DNA from: Catajapyx aquilonaris
Taxonomy: Eukaryota
Direction of reading: 5' to 3'
Assembly (NCBI GenBank): GCA_000934665.2
Contig: JYFJ02001993.1
Span: forward strand, 1 to 64,000
DNA length: 64,000 nt
This document shows, in pieces, positions 55,801 through 64,000 of the stretch; positions within the stretch are counted from its first letter, which is position 1; each line of letters begins with the position of its first letter. Under the pieces are notes generated by a model, which saw nothing but the letters and a program-made list of their open reading frames with translations, was not told the DNA's origin and searched no databases. Position numbers and translations under genes: made by a program.

Positions 55801-56904
55801 GAGTGGAAGGCCAGACAAGGCATCTGTCCACTACCGAAATGGGCGAGAGGAGTGGTGGTGGGCAGGCTGCTGCTGCAGGGGGATCTGCTGCTGTACCAGC
55901 TGCACCGGGTCATGAAGGACTCAAATTTGCTGATGGAATCACCGTCAATGGGGAGGTGGATGTTGGGGAAATTAACATTGCACAGATGGATCCAGAGGAT
56001 ATTAGAGTGAGTATTATGTGTACACTAATTTGCTGAAAACAGCACTGGTATTCAAAGGAACAATGCAGTTACATTACAGACTTGCTCTCATGCATTGTAA
56101 TAACATCAATATGGACATGTGGCTTACATATATGCATGCCTGTAACTACACCTCTGCATAATAGATCATAAAAGCTGCTTTTATTCGTCATGTAATCCAC
56201 TTATACCTCACAAAGTGCTTTTGGTGTGCTCTTTTCTAAAATCTGTTTGTTTTCAAACAGTCTGAGCTGAAACGAGTGTACACGCAACTGCAAGTACTTC
56301 GTGACAAGACAATGAGAAAGGACAACCCTCACATTTCAAAACGACGCGGTGGACGTAAAGCAACGCATCGCCGTTTCTCCCTGCAGGTGGGTATCAGTTC
56401 CTCAGGTCTCTTCAAAATGAACTCATGATCGATTGCAGCTCTTTAGATATTTATTAACAAGCCCTCTCTCGGATATCCGCGCATTTTAACTACTAAAGAC
56501 AAATACCCCCCTTTCTTGCAGCAGAAAAAAGGAAGTAAAGAGAAGGTAAGTGATGTCCACGTGCCCAGCCAACTGCCGATTTCTGTTGCGACAGGTATTT
56601 TTTAACCAAATGGCCGCACATTCCCGCTTGCAGCAAGCAGAATGACTTTGAGTGAGGGTTTTTTTTATTTCGTGTACTTTTTCTTGTGCCTCGGTAGATG
56701 TCGGTGCACCACCGCCGTCACCGTTCCTTCAAGTACCACAGTCAATCGGGTGATGGGGAACATGAACAGGAGGCCTCCAAGACACCGGAGGACTCAGTTT
56801 GCAGTGCCGAGGGCCCCAGCGTCATCTTTGCTGATGGACCTTCCACTTACAGTGACGTCGGATACGGGACGCCCTCGGTGTCGTTCAAGGCCCCACATAA
56901 GTAG
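25666..56904 (+). CDS. smog: Class C GPCR of the GPR158/GPR179 family, smog (pog)-like; join(25666..25821,26447..27213,41776..41887,45515..45675,46732..46894,51497..51565,53918..54027,54246..54481,55461..55705,55776..56006,56261..56386,56525..56545,56698..56904), 2604 nt, 867 aa
   Basis: All introns are GT-AG with matching phases, giving one open frame. Domains in order: signal peptide, Cache domain (EWF...GVWASPFLDC...WLITFAAPFF), Cys-rich EGF-like region (DQC...GTHKC...GAYNCHCLPNFYFP), 7TM (PWCRELGFAICYGAILLKIYR, FRTRKAHRW, FHEKR, IFIPK), coiled coil (MDPEDIRSELKRVYTQL, NPHISKRRGGRK) and C-tail 'SKTPEDSVCSAEGP', which I recall from Drosophila Smog. Confidence 0.88.
26447..27213 (+). CDS. 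smog: smog-like GPCR exon 2 (N-terminal helices and Cache domain)
   Basis: ttgcag|AAA acceptor, AA|gtgagt donor (phase 2). GC3-rich ORF with 'ALHSANILN', 'FGIYAYR', 'SEWF', 'WASPFLDC', 'FEFK'. Confidence 0.9.
27568..27721. mobile_element. PIF/Harbinger-type MITE (AGGCC termini, TAA TSD), interrupted by an N at 27644
   Basis: TAA|AGGCCATTTCACA...TGTGAAATGGCCT|TAA with near-perfect arms of about 60 bp. Confidence 0.75.
29430..29900 (-). mobile_element. Decayed non-LTR (RTE-like) reverse transcriptase fragment
   Basis: Collinear minus-strand motifs: PQMRKVEGSIKSV (29854-29892, like PTxEEVxxAIKxL), EYKC*FLP (29745-29768, like EYQCGFRP) and SPLLIKFALD (29432-29461, like SPLLFNxALD). Stops, frameshifts and deletions are present. 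Confidence 0.5.
34028..34078 (+). repeat. Imperfect (AAT)n microsatellite
   Basis: aataataatcataatgataataacaataacaataacaataataataataat. Confidence 0.9.
37768..37880. repeat. Two abutting palindromes (69 bp perfect; 45 bp with 1 mismatch), each with a 1-nt centre
   Basis: 37768-37836 with centre 37802, and 37836-37880 with centre 37858; they share base 37836. Confidence 0.97.
39077..39309. mobile_element. DINE-1/HINE-like repeat remnant
   Basis: 23-bp inverted repeat (21/23 match) of microsatellite-like units at 39077-39099 / 39261-39283, followed by the tail ctttatttatatagat. Confidence 0.4.
40441..40718. mobile_element. Foldback MITE, 278 bp, CAGTGTTG termini, TA TSD
   Basis: TA|CAGTGTTGGACATTAAT...ATTAATGGCCAACACTG|TA, with the internal pair ggtaggccttgggtgacgtcac / gtgacgtcacccaaggcctacc. 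Confidence 0.85.
41200..41470 (+). mobile_element. Decayed RTE-like LINE C-terminal fragment
   Basis: VVDENIAYRLRAKSHVIFGRI resembles the RTE motif IDxEIxxRIAKASxAFGRL; downstream LLARVDITTL resembles EVLxRAxIxSI. Confidence 0.35.
41776..41887 (+). CDS. smog: smog-like GPCR exon 3 (GAVAVGVPLGSLEMDQC...GTHKCDPVSTK)
   Basis: ttccag|A acceptor completes Lys (AA|A); donor AAG|gtaagg; follows a 14.5-kb intron. Confidence 0.9.
45515..45675 (+). CDS. smog: smog-like GPCR exon 4 (EGF-like: CVAVHGQGFQSGAYNCHCLPNFYFP...)
   Basis: tttcag|TGT acceptor, AG|gtaac donor (phase 2). This frame is not shown in the ORF track. Confidence 0.9.
46732..46894 (+). CDS. smog: smog-like GPCR exon 5 (CLPCPASCPGC... 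TM1)
   Basis: catacag|A acceptor, AAG|gtaagg donor. Confidence 0.9.
51497..51565 (+). CDS. smog: smog-like GPCR exon 6 (TM2: VMASSMWTMLEMILLGAFLLYTT)
   Basis: ctgcag|GTG acceptor, ACG|gtaagt donor, 69 nt, phase 0-0. Confidence 0.9.
51870..52370 (-). mobile_element. Decayed LINE APE-endonuclease fragment
   Basis: Minus-strand motifs in the expected order across frames: GGGA (about 52350), IRIYR, AGDY (52130-52141), PTF (about 52000), NPDLSL (about 51930), SDxxHI. Confidence 0.4.
53918..54027 (+). CDS. smog: smog-like GPCR exon 7 (TM3: ...PWCRELGFAICYGAILLKIYR)
   Basis: ttgtag|GTT acceptor, AG|gtaaga donor (phase 2). Confidence 0.92.
54246..54481 (+). CDS. smog: smog-like GPCR exon 8 (ICL2, TM4, ECL2)
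   Basis: cccag|G acceptor; TLVEFRTRKAHRWVIKDKDLLKYL...CRPLWWEYVTET; donor G|gtatat (phase 1). Confidence 0.9.
55461..55705 (+). CDS. smog: smog-like GPCR exon 9 (TM5-TM7)
   Basis: gcacag|GT acceptor; ELLLLVFGMYL...FHEKR...LLVIFIPK; donor AAG|gtactg. Confidence 0.9.
55776..56006 (+). CDS. smog: smog-like GPCR exon 10 (LWYHHR...MDPEDIR)
   Basis: Follows a 70-nt intron; ttccag|CTG acceptor, AGA|gtgagt donor. Confidence 0.88.
56261..56386 (+). CDS. smog: smog-like GPCR exon 11 (SELKRVYTQLQVLRDKTMRKDNPHISKRRGGRKATHRRFSLQ)
   Basis: aaacag|TCT acceptor, CAG|gtgggt donor; the GPR158-family C-terminal coiled-coil motif. Confidence 0.9.
56525..56545 (+). CDS. smog: smog-like GPCR microexon (KKGSKEK; QKKGSKEK if the upstream AG at 56521 is used)
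   Basis: Pyrimidine tract ccccccctttcttgcagcag, perfect donor AAG|gtaagt, frame-preserving. Confidence 0.8.
56698..56904 (+). CDS. smog: smog-like GPCR terminal coding exon (MSVHHRRH...SKTPEDSVCSAEGP...APHK*)
   Basis: T-rich tract then cggtag|ATG acceptor (phase 0); stop TAG at 56902-56904. Confidence 0.85.
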   Translation: MSVHHRRHRSFKYHSQSGDGEHEQEASKTPEDSVCSAEGPSVIFADGPSTYSDVGYGTPSVSFKAPHK

Positions 56905-59900
56905 ATTACACACCTTTTATTTTGATTTATTCAGTTCAGATAACACCACCATAATTGCATTTATGTTTGAATTTGGGTTTTGAGTCAGTGAAGGTATTTG
57001 TTTACTTACTACCAGGCTTATTATGATTTGGGTTTAGTTTACACCTCAAGAACAGGTTTGGTCTGCTAATTGGTAGAAATGTGATTGCACATGAATTTAA
57101 GATATTCAGTAGTGACTCCAGTGGTATTTAAGTCGTTATTGGCAGGATATATAGGTGGGACTTATGAAATACCATCACTTGATGAAGGGATTCGCTTGTC
57201 CTTCCCTCATGTGTGAATTGCACATGTGTTTCATACATATGTGACTGCACTTAACACATGGTTCAATATGCAATAGAGAATTAAAAGTAAGAGATAGACA
57301 ACATATAAACTATTGATGGCCATGACCATGAAATGGTTGAAACAAGGATTGGTAATAAAAACAGGGCATGGTAAATGTGATAACAGGGGAAATTGATACT
57401 TGAAAGTAATCTATCAAGGCTAGTAAGGAAGACAAAAAATGATCAGAACATGACAACAGTGAATGGAAAAGAAGGTCACACATAAAATTTCTTCCAAGAC
57501 TTTGAGTGTTGAGAATAACTGAAATGGTTGCAGCACGTTGAGGCCACCGATCATCATGGTCACATCATGTCAAAGTTGCCACTGTTTTCCAGCCTTTCAT
57601 TTCGCGTGGACCCATTTCCCTCAAGACAGTGGCATCTTGGACCAAATGTGGCATTGTTATTAAACAGCCCACCCTTTAAGAGTGAGAAATGTCTAACTGG
57701 ACCTCACTCTTACATGGTAGGACGTTTTAATTGAATTAACTGTTCCCTGGCAGCTTCATTGTTCATTTCTACCACCACAACCTTCCCAGTTGTTAACTAA
57801 CTGTTGCTTAATCATAGTTTTAGAATCAGTATGCATAAATAGTAAACGTCTATAATATCGTCATGAACGTGATTTTAAGTGTGGAACGTTTCCCCCTGCC
57901 TCTTTGCTATATATATCTCGATGTTGTGATTGTGAGTTAGAATTTTCATTCAGTTTAGGGTTAGGCATAAGTAGTTAGCTGCCAGATTCAGACATTGTCA
58001 TGGACCACTATTGTTGTGAAGACGACAGTGACTGGATGGGATTTATGTTACTTCCTGAGATACTAAGAAAATGAGAAGATGCTCCTTTACCAATCCAGTC
58101 AGTGCCTTCTTTTAGTTTTTTGTGGTCATTTTGTTTAGTTTTCTGTCCAGCTGAGAAAAATATTGCAATCCAATAATGTTGGCTTACTGACCCGAGCCCC
58201 ACTAAGCCACTTACAGAATTACTGAATAGGCCATTAGAATGAAGTCTGAGGTTATGCATAAAAACAAGGACATTGTTTTAATGGCTCATTCACATACATA
58301 CTCTTGGCAAGACAGAAAATTTCCAATGTCTGCATACATGATGTCTAAAGACACCTTTTTGACAATGACCTCACCGTGCTTACAAGATACTGTGCAGAGA
58401 AATGCATTGTTGTCATGTTCAAGGACACTTTCCCCTTAGCAACAATTTATTGCCATGGATTTTAATTGTTGCAGAGAGGATGAGGTAGCTATGAATGTGG
58501 AAGATGATCACTGTTATCACAAATATCTAATGCTGTGTTTTTAACTGTTACAGAAATGGTAGTGTCTTGTTTAAGATAAAATATAATTATGTCACCATGT
58601 GCATTGCATCATAAAATTTTGAACTGAACCTGTTCTCTTTACTTTCTTGAGTATCTTATCACAGTGAATTTTTACTTTTCCTGCAGTACAGATACAAATC
58701 TACACGAGACCTTTGTACATAGGACAAAAACATCTCCAAGAACTATGACATGGGACACAGCACATGTGAATTTTTTTGTGTGATGTGTGTGCAATAGGCT
58801 TCGTTCCCAAAGATGTTGCCTTAGCTATAATAGATATTATCCCCCAACCACATAGGTCAAAAAGAACGAAAAGAAATTTTGATCTCACTTTTTTGGGACA
58901 TAGACTTCTTCCACTTCATTATTTTATTTTAGAATTTATAGCCCAGCCAAATGTAAAGGTGAGTCATTTTATTTGAACAAAAAAAAAGCAAGCCTCAGTG
59001 TTACTAATAGTCCAACACAGTACCTACATTTTTCCGGATTTAATTTCACAAAATGTGTGATAGAGGAGAATCGACGTGTAGTTAGTATACCTACCCTCAT
59101 TACACAGCTTTTACCTCCTTTCCCCTCCTACCCTCATCTAACTTTTTTTATACAAAATATAAACAATGTAGATTGGCTAAAATTCATAAAAGGATTCCTC
59201 CTTTAATCTTTCCAAACCTCAACTCCTGAAGGAACATCTAGATGCATTTGCAGTTTTTTGATGAGCCTTTTCTACACCACTCTAAAGTAAAGTAGATTCA
59301 ACATGTGGGAACATGCCAGAACATAATATTTTCTGGCTATTAGTTAAGTTTCACAACGAAAATATTGTTACCAACCGGACGTGACTTAATGAAAGTGCAG
59401 ATTTAGAAGGGAGTAATCAGTCATACGTCATTTAAAAAGTTACCATCCCTGCCTCCCCAATTTAAACTCCCTCCCCCCTATGCCCATAACATTGCCCAAT
59501 TACTGTAATTTAGTGGAATGTGTGCTGTGTACACACCTTTGCCCAATTTTCTGTTCTCCCTGTTGTAAGCGTATTCTCAACCAGACAGTCGTTTGAAAAT
59601 AAAAAGTCTCAATACAGGACATATCCATTTGTAACAATATGGAAATCAAACATGGATACCTTTCACGATTGATTTTGAATTGCCCAATGATAATTTTTAC
59701 TAGAAATTGTTCCTAATAATATTAACTTAGATGAAAAAGTTACTCAGTTTTTAAATAATTATGTTCTATGAGTAGTGAATTTCTGGGCTTGTATGTTGAG
59801 AATTTTGAATTTTTTGCATTTAAAATGATCACCAAAGACACTGAAACATACTAGAATTTTAATATTAATTTTAATGACAATGATAGTCAATTGCCAATTT

Positions 59901-60727
59901 TTGAGTTACTTAAACCTATATTAATAAAAGCACCTGAAACAAGGTATTACAATGGGAAATAATGCAGAATTATGTGCATTTTAAATTTTATTGAATTTAT
60001 TGCTTGTGAATAAGACCCAATGAAATTGACATCATTTGAAATTGTCATAAAAATTGAAGTTAAATTTATGACAGGTTCTTAGCACCCCCTGTCCACCAAC
60101 TTTGTATAATATTACTAGGAACAACTTTCAATGAAGAGTATCCAGTATAACGAAAAATCCAAGGGTCTACCACCTTCCAGCACTTGGTGTACACTGCTGC
60201 TGAGCAACCAGCCAAGCAACCATAGTGGCAACCACCTGAAACTTTTTTTTTTGTTTTGTTTTTTTTTGGTAGTAACCAGCAACCAGTGTACACCATCAGT
60301 GGAAGTTGCTAACACCTTGGGGAAATCAAACCTAGAAATATCCTTTCTAAACAAAGAAAAAAATATACATGCTTTTTTTGTTACAGCAGATATGTAAGTA
60401 TTTTGTGAGGATACAAAATTACTCTTTGTTTATGCCTTGACTGATGGATACCAGTCCTCCCCCAAGGTGGTCTAGTCTAGTGGTGCCTACTATCAAGGCT
60501 TGGGGCTTTCCCTCATGGGTTTCCCTCACACAATTTCGGGACGATTTCCTTTCCAGAATAGCCACAGACACTTACTGTCTTAACTATGGTATGCTTTCAT
60601 GAAATGGAATGGAATATGGTGGCTTGTATTTCAATAACTAGGCCTACTATCCATTTAAAAAAATAAAATACCTCAAGTGAGACTAGAATAGACAATATTA
60701 TTGTTATGTAATATAAATCATACTATA

Positions 60728-61287
60728 CAGGGTGGTCGGTAAATGGCGCACAAGCTTCAGGTAGCAAGATTCCTAGTGAAAAACCAGTATATGGAAGTGA
60801 AGGTCCTATTGCTGTACGAGGCCTGGTTATGGCTCACGAGGTCTCCAAAGTTTGGGCCAAATCATGAAGTCACATCCGCCCGTGAAATTAAAACATTACC
60901 GTATTGCTACAGGACGCTGTTTGTTGCCATGTTGACATCCCTACATTTTCACCAAACAATGGAACCTCATAAACTCGCGGGGACGTTGCCAGGTACGCGG
61001 CGACGACGGTATGGCAACACCTGGCAACGTCCCTGCGAGTTTATACGGGTTCCATTGTTTGGTGAAAATGTGGGGGGTGTCAACATGGCAACAAACCGCG
61101 TACAGTAGCGATACGGTAATGTTTGAATTTCGCAGGTGGATGTGACGTTATGATTTGGCCCAAACTTTGGAGACCTCGTGAGCCCTAACTAGGCATCGGA
61201 GAGCAATAGGACCTTCACTTCCTTATACTGGTTTTTCACAAGGAATCTCGCTACCTGAAGATTGTGCGCCATTTACCAACCACCCTG
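60728..61287. mobile_element. Tc1/mariner-type foldback MITE, 560 bp, arms of about 267 bp around a 24-nt loop, TA TSD
   Basis: TA|CAGGGTGGTCGGTAAATGGCGCACA...TGTGCGCCATTTACCAACCACCCTG|TA. Arms 60728-60994 and 61019-61287. Confidence 0.92.
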
Positions 61288-62071
61288 TATAATTATCATG
61301 AAGCATGATTCAAGATCTCTTATATGGGCTCTCACTACATCTACACCAGAATTCAATGAGTAAAAAGACCCAAATGTTTACATGATTAACAGAGAGCAAG
61401 TTTGCAATTTTTTCTTATCACATTGAATGGACAAAAAAAATTGTCATCTGGTTTAACTGTGAACTGGATATTTATATATATCCTTAAATATTATTAAAAC
61501 TTCAATTACAACAATAACTTAATTGTCATTAATGGGGAGAGAAACTTGGTATTAAGTTCAACATTACAATTTCATGCACACATTCAACATGTCAAATACA
61601 TCACAAAAAAAAAACGCATTTGTTTCAGGATTTCGTCAGCTATCCTGGTTGGAAGAGAGAACATATTTTCCTTTGCACTGACCACACGTCTCCTGTCAAA
61701 TTATTATCATTGTTGAATCTGTTCTTGGGCCAGTAACAAGTTAAATGCCAAGTTCCTACACCAAGCAGTTTTGAAGATAGATGAGATCTCTTGTTTAATA
61801 GCAATTAAGCCAATGTTGTGATAATTTTAACATTGCTTCTGCACAACAAATAATAATAACTGGACGTCAGCACAATTTGTTTGTGCTCTCTCCACCTGAT
61901 TGTGTATGATTAGGCCTTTATAAACGTGACAGTCTACATGGGGCAGTCAATAAATTATAAGCCTGTGTTGAAACTAGTGGTTAATGCTGATTTGAGTATT
62001 ACAACATACAGCATCATCCTTCAATTATGCAACAGCCACATCATGTTGCTGTATCAGCATTTTACACCATG

Positions 62072-62340
62072 CCACAGAGAATTGAAGTCTAAAAGATGAC
62101 CATGCTAGAAGACAATGCTCCAGTCTATAGTCAGGTGTTTCCAAACAAACTGACAGAATGTGGCTTCAAACTGCTTCCCGACTCAATGTACTCACCTGGC
62201 CTAGTGACTTCTTCCTCTTCAAAAATATGAAGAAAGATCTGCAGGGTATGCATTTCAGGATGATTTGGCAGCCCCAATACTGGGACAACAAGTGTATCCA
62301 AGTCAAGTGGAAAAATAATGCTGACTTATCGAGAGAGAAA
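62072..62340 (+). mobile_element. Decayed mariner transposase fragment (catalytic DD34D region)
   Basis: From 62102 it reads MLEDNAPVYSQVFPNKLTECGFKLLPDSMYSP, then after a frameshift PSDFFLFKNMKKDLQGMHF. This matches the mariner motifs HDNAPxH...PYSPDLAPSDFFLF. Confidence 0.75.
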
Positions 62341-62365
62341 AAATCTTTCTAGGTATGTTAGGCTT

Positions 62366-62401
62366 ATGTCAGAAGATATGGGGGGTCATATCTTCTGACA
62401 T
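62366..62401. repeat. 15-bp perfect inverted repeat with 6-nt loop
   Basis: atgtcagaagatatg-gggggt-catatcttctgacat, at the end of the mariner fragment. Confidence 0.85.
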
Positions 62402-63002
62402 GCTCATTGAGATCGAGATGTATTTATAGCCCGTAAGAGTGCTTGAATTATGCTGTAATGATATCTTGCACCAGTATTCATGCAATTCTAGTGCCAGTTG
62501 AAGTGATTACATTTTTGAACTGGCTCGAGTTGTTATAATTATTATTGGTTTCAGTGACACTGGCCACCATATAAAACAGATGATGGCGATGCATATGATC
62601 AACAGAGTACACTATTGGAATCTTCAACATATTTATTAACATTTTTTCAGAACCACATTAAAACACAATGAAAAAATATTGTGCTGACTAGAGTGCATTT
62701 TGTACGTCGCGTATTGAACGTTTTGTCAAAAAGTGCAAATACGTTCATGTTTTTTATTTCAGGCTAGATTGTTGAAGAGGCCTCCATACCAGAGTGCATT
62801 AATAACTGCAAAGTATTTTCCTGGTGAAGTTTCCCCCTCTGTGAGGAACAGATTGCCTTAAATAACATTACTATAACCAAGTGCATGTGAAAAAGAGCAA
62901 CTGTTTCTCACATGCACTTGAACTTGCATACAATTTAGAAGTGGAATTATACTCAACATGCACTCAGGAATGTTTATGTGTGTAAGTTATCTGCAGGTTA
63001 TC

Positions 63003-63077
63003 TCAGGTGTCTCTTCCCTCAGGTACTTCCACATCAACATCCTCATCTTCATAATCAATTCCATCTACTTCATTGTC
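63003..63077 (-). CDS. IFT52: IFT52 terminal exon (DNEVDGIDYEDEDVDVEVPEGRDT*)
   Basis: Minus-strand acceptor ttttgtttcag|GAC, phase 0, stop TGA at 63003-63005; minus-strand AATAAA downstream (tttatt 62632-62637). Confidence 0.75.
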   Translation of the reverse strand, partial: DNEVDGIDYEDEDVDVEVPEGRDT

Positions 63078-63495
63078 CTGAAACAAAATATTTTTTTGTA
63101 ATCATCAATACTGTTTCGTTACTAAAGAACACAAAGAACACACTGAATATGCAACTCAATGACTGAGAAAGATAATTCTAGTGGTAGCAGACACAATTAT
63201 CTTCTGATGCTGAGCCAAATGCCATGCACCTGACAGGGAATATTCCTATATGAGAAAACCCATCAAACGGTTATGATAAATGGCAGTGACAAAATAAATT
63301 CTCAGCCAATGAACTGTTGGATGTCATTGCTGCCACGAAAATACTGCATGTTAAGTCAACCTGACTTGGGCAGCTGGTAATTGAATCCAAAAGACTGAAA
63401 CTTTCTTCATATCAAAAGTACAAACTCAGTTTTGTGTTACTCAACTCAAATATGTGACTCAACAAGAGATGCCACATGCCAGGAAAAACCTTTAC

Positions 63496-63753
63496 CTGAT
63501 TGAGTTTCTTGAACTGCACAATGTGTGCAGCCACATACTCAAGCACATGCTTTGCATCCTGCAGATGTGCAGGCAACTTCTGTGTGATCCCAAGAACATC
63601 TCCACACTCACGAACGTAGTACTCCAGGTCCTCATCCTCCACACACTTGTTGGTCAGCTGGGCAAGCTGGGCCTTCTCTGAGCTGAAAGCCTCATCCAGG
63701 TCATACAGCTCCAGAGCTGGATTTGGCAGGTCACGAAATTGTGGTGGGAATAC
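63496..63753 (-). CDS. IFT52: Intraflagellar transport protein 52, penultimate exon (gene continues beyond the window end)
   Basis: VFPPQFRDLPNPALELYDLDEAFSSEKAQLAQLTNKC...DLEYYVRECGDVLGI...AKHVLE...FKKLNQ matches the IFT52 C-terminal domain as I recall it. Acceptor atgcag|GTA, donor CAG|gtaaa, 258 nt. Confidence 0.93.
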
Positions 63754-64000
63754 CTGCATATTGAAATAATACCTCGTATCAAAAAGGACAAGCATGATGT
63801 ATGTTTTAGAATTCAGCCTTCAATTAGTAGGCTACTGACGTCACAACAGCCAACAATTATTATTGACAACAATATCAACAATGTTACTAACAATTAAAGG
63901 CAAGTGAGATCAGTACTATTGTAAGGCTGAATACATGATATGGAATAGGCAAAGCTCACAGCAATCTGCAGGGGTGGTAGAGGGCTCTCAAAGTTAGGGG

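Noticed and set aside
56581..56600. gcgacag|gtattt as an alternative donor or recursive splice site after the microexon
   Set aside because: Use as a donor would shift the frame (70-nt exon), and the intron is far too short to need recursive splicing.
60455..60600. SINE-like remnant (ggtggtctagt...gggtttccctca...) or tRNA gene
   Set aside because: Only a degenerate A-box, with no B-box or cloverleaf; cannot be supported as a tRNA and only weakly as a SINE.
62879..62919. Possible iron-responsive element in the IFT52 3'UTR hairpin
   Set aside because: The loop is CAGTTG rather than CAGTGN, and the 5-bp upper stem with bulged C is absent.
63412..63795. ORF-track 127-aa protein as a stand-alone gene
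   Set aside because: It is an internal IFT52 exon; the ORF ends extend into introns beyond the splice sites at 63753 and 63496.
1..64000. Prokaryotic systems (CRISPR arrays, operons, defence islands) and the many 60-170-aa ORFs in the track
   Set aside because: The DNA is intron-containing and eukaryotic, with no regularly spaced direct repeats. The small ORFs lack recognisable domains except where they overlap the listed exons or transposon fossils.

Overview
Eukaryotic genomic DNA, most likely from an arthropod: it carries an intronless variant ionotropic receptor, a smog-type GPCR and spliceosomal GT-AG introns. Three genes can be supported. (1) An intronless divergent chemosensory Ionotropic Receptor (IR), about 7951-9798 (+). 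(2) A complete class C GPCR of the GPR158/GPR179/Drosophila smog family, assembled by hand from 13 phase-consistent coding exons spanning 25666-56904 (+), 867 aa, including a 21/24-nt NAGNAG microexon. (3) The last two coding exons of IFT52 on the minus strand (63003-63753), converging on the GPCR. The rest is intronic or intergenic. It holds four clear MITE/foldback elements, several (near-)perfect palindromes with 1-nt centres, DINE/HINE-like repeats and decayed fragments of mariner, LINE and possibly Gypsy and P-like transposons. The most interesting observations are an Arg->Asp charge reversal in the IR ligand pocket, possible nesting of the IR in a 5'UTR intron of the GPCR, the microexon, a back-to-back double hairpin that looks like a hairpin-type break-repair scar, and CpG-deamination signatures between MITE arms. 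Family assignments rest on recalled motifs, not database searches. I see no clearly novel multi-gene system.
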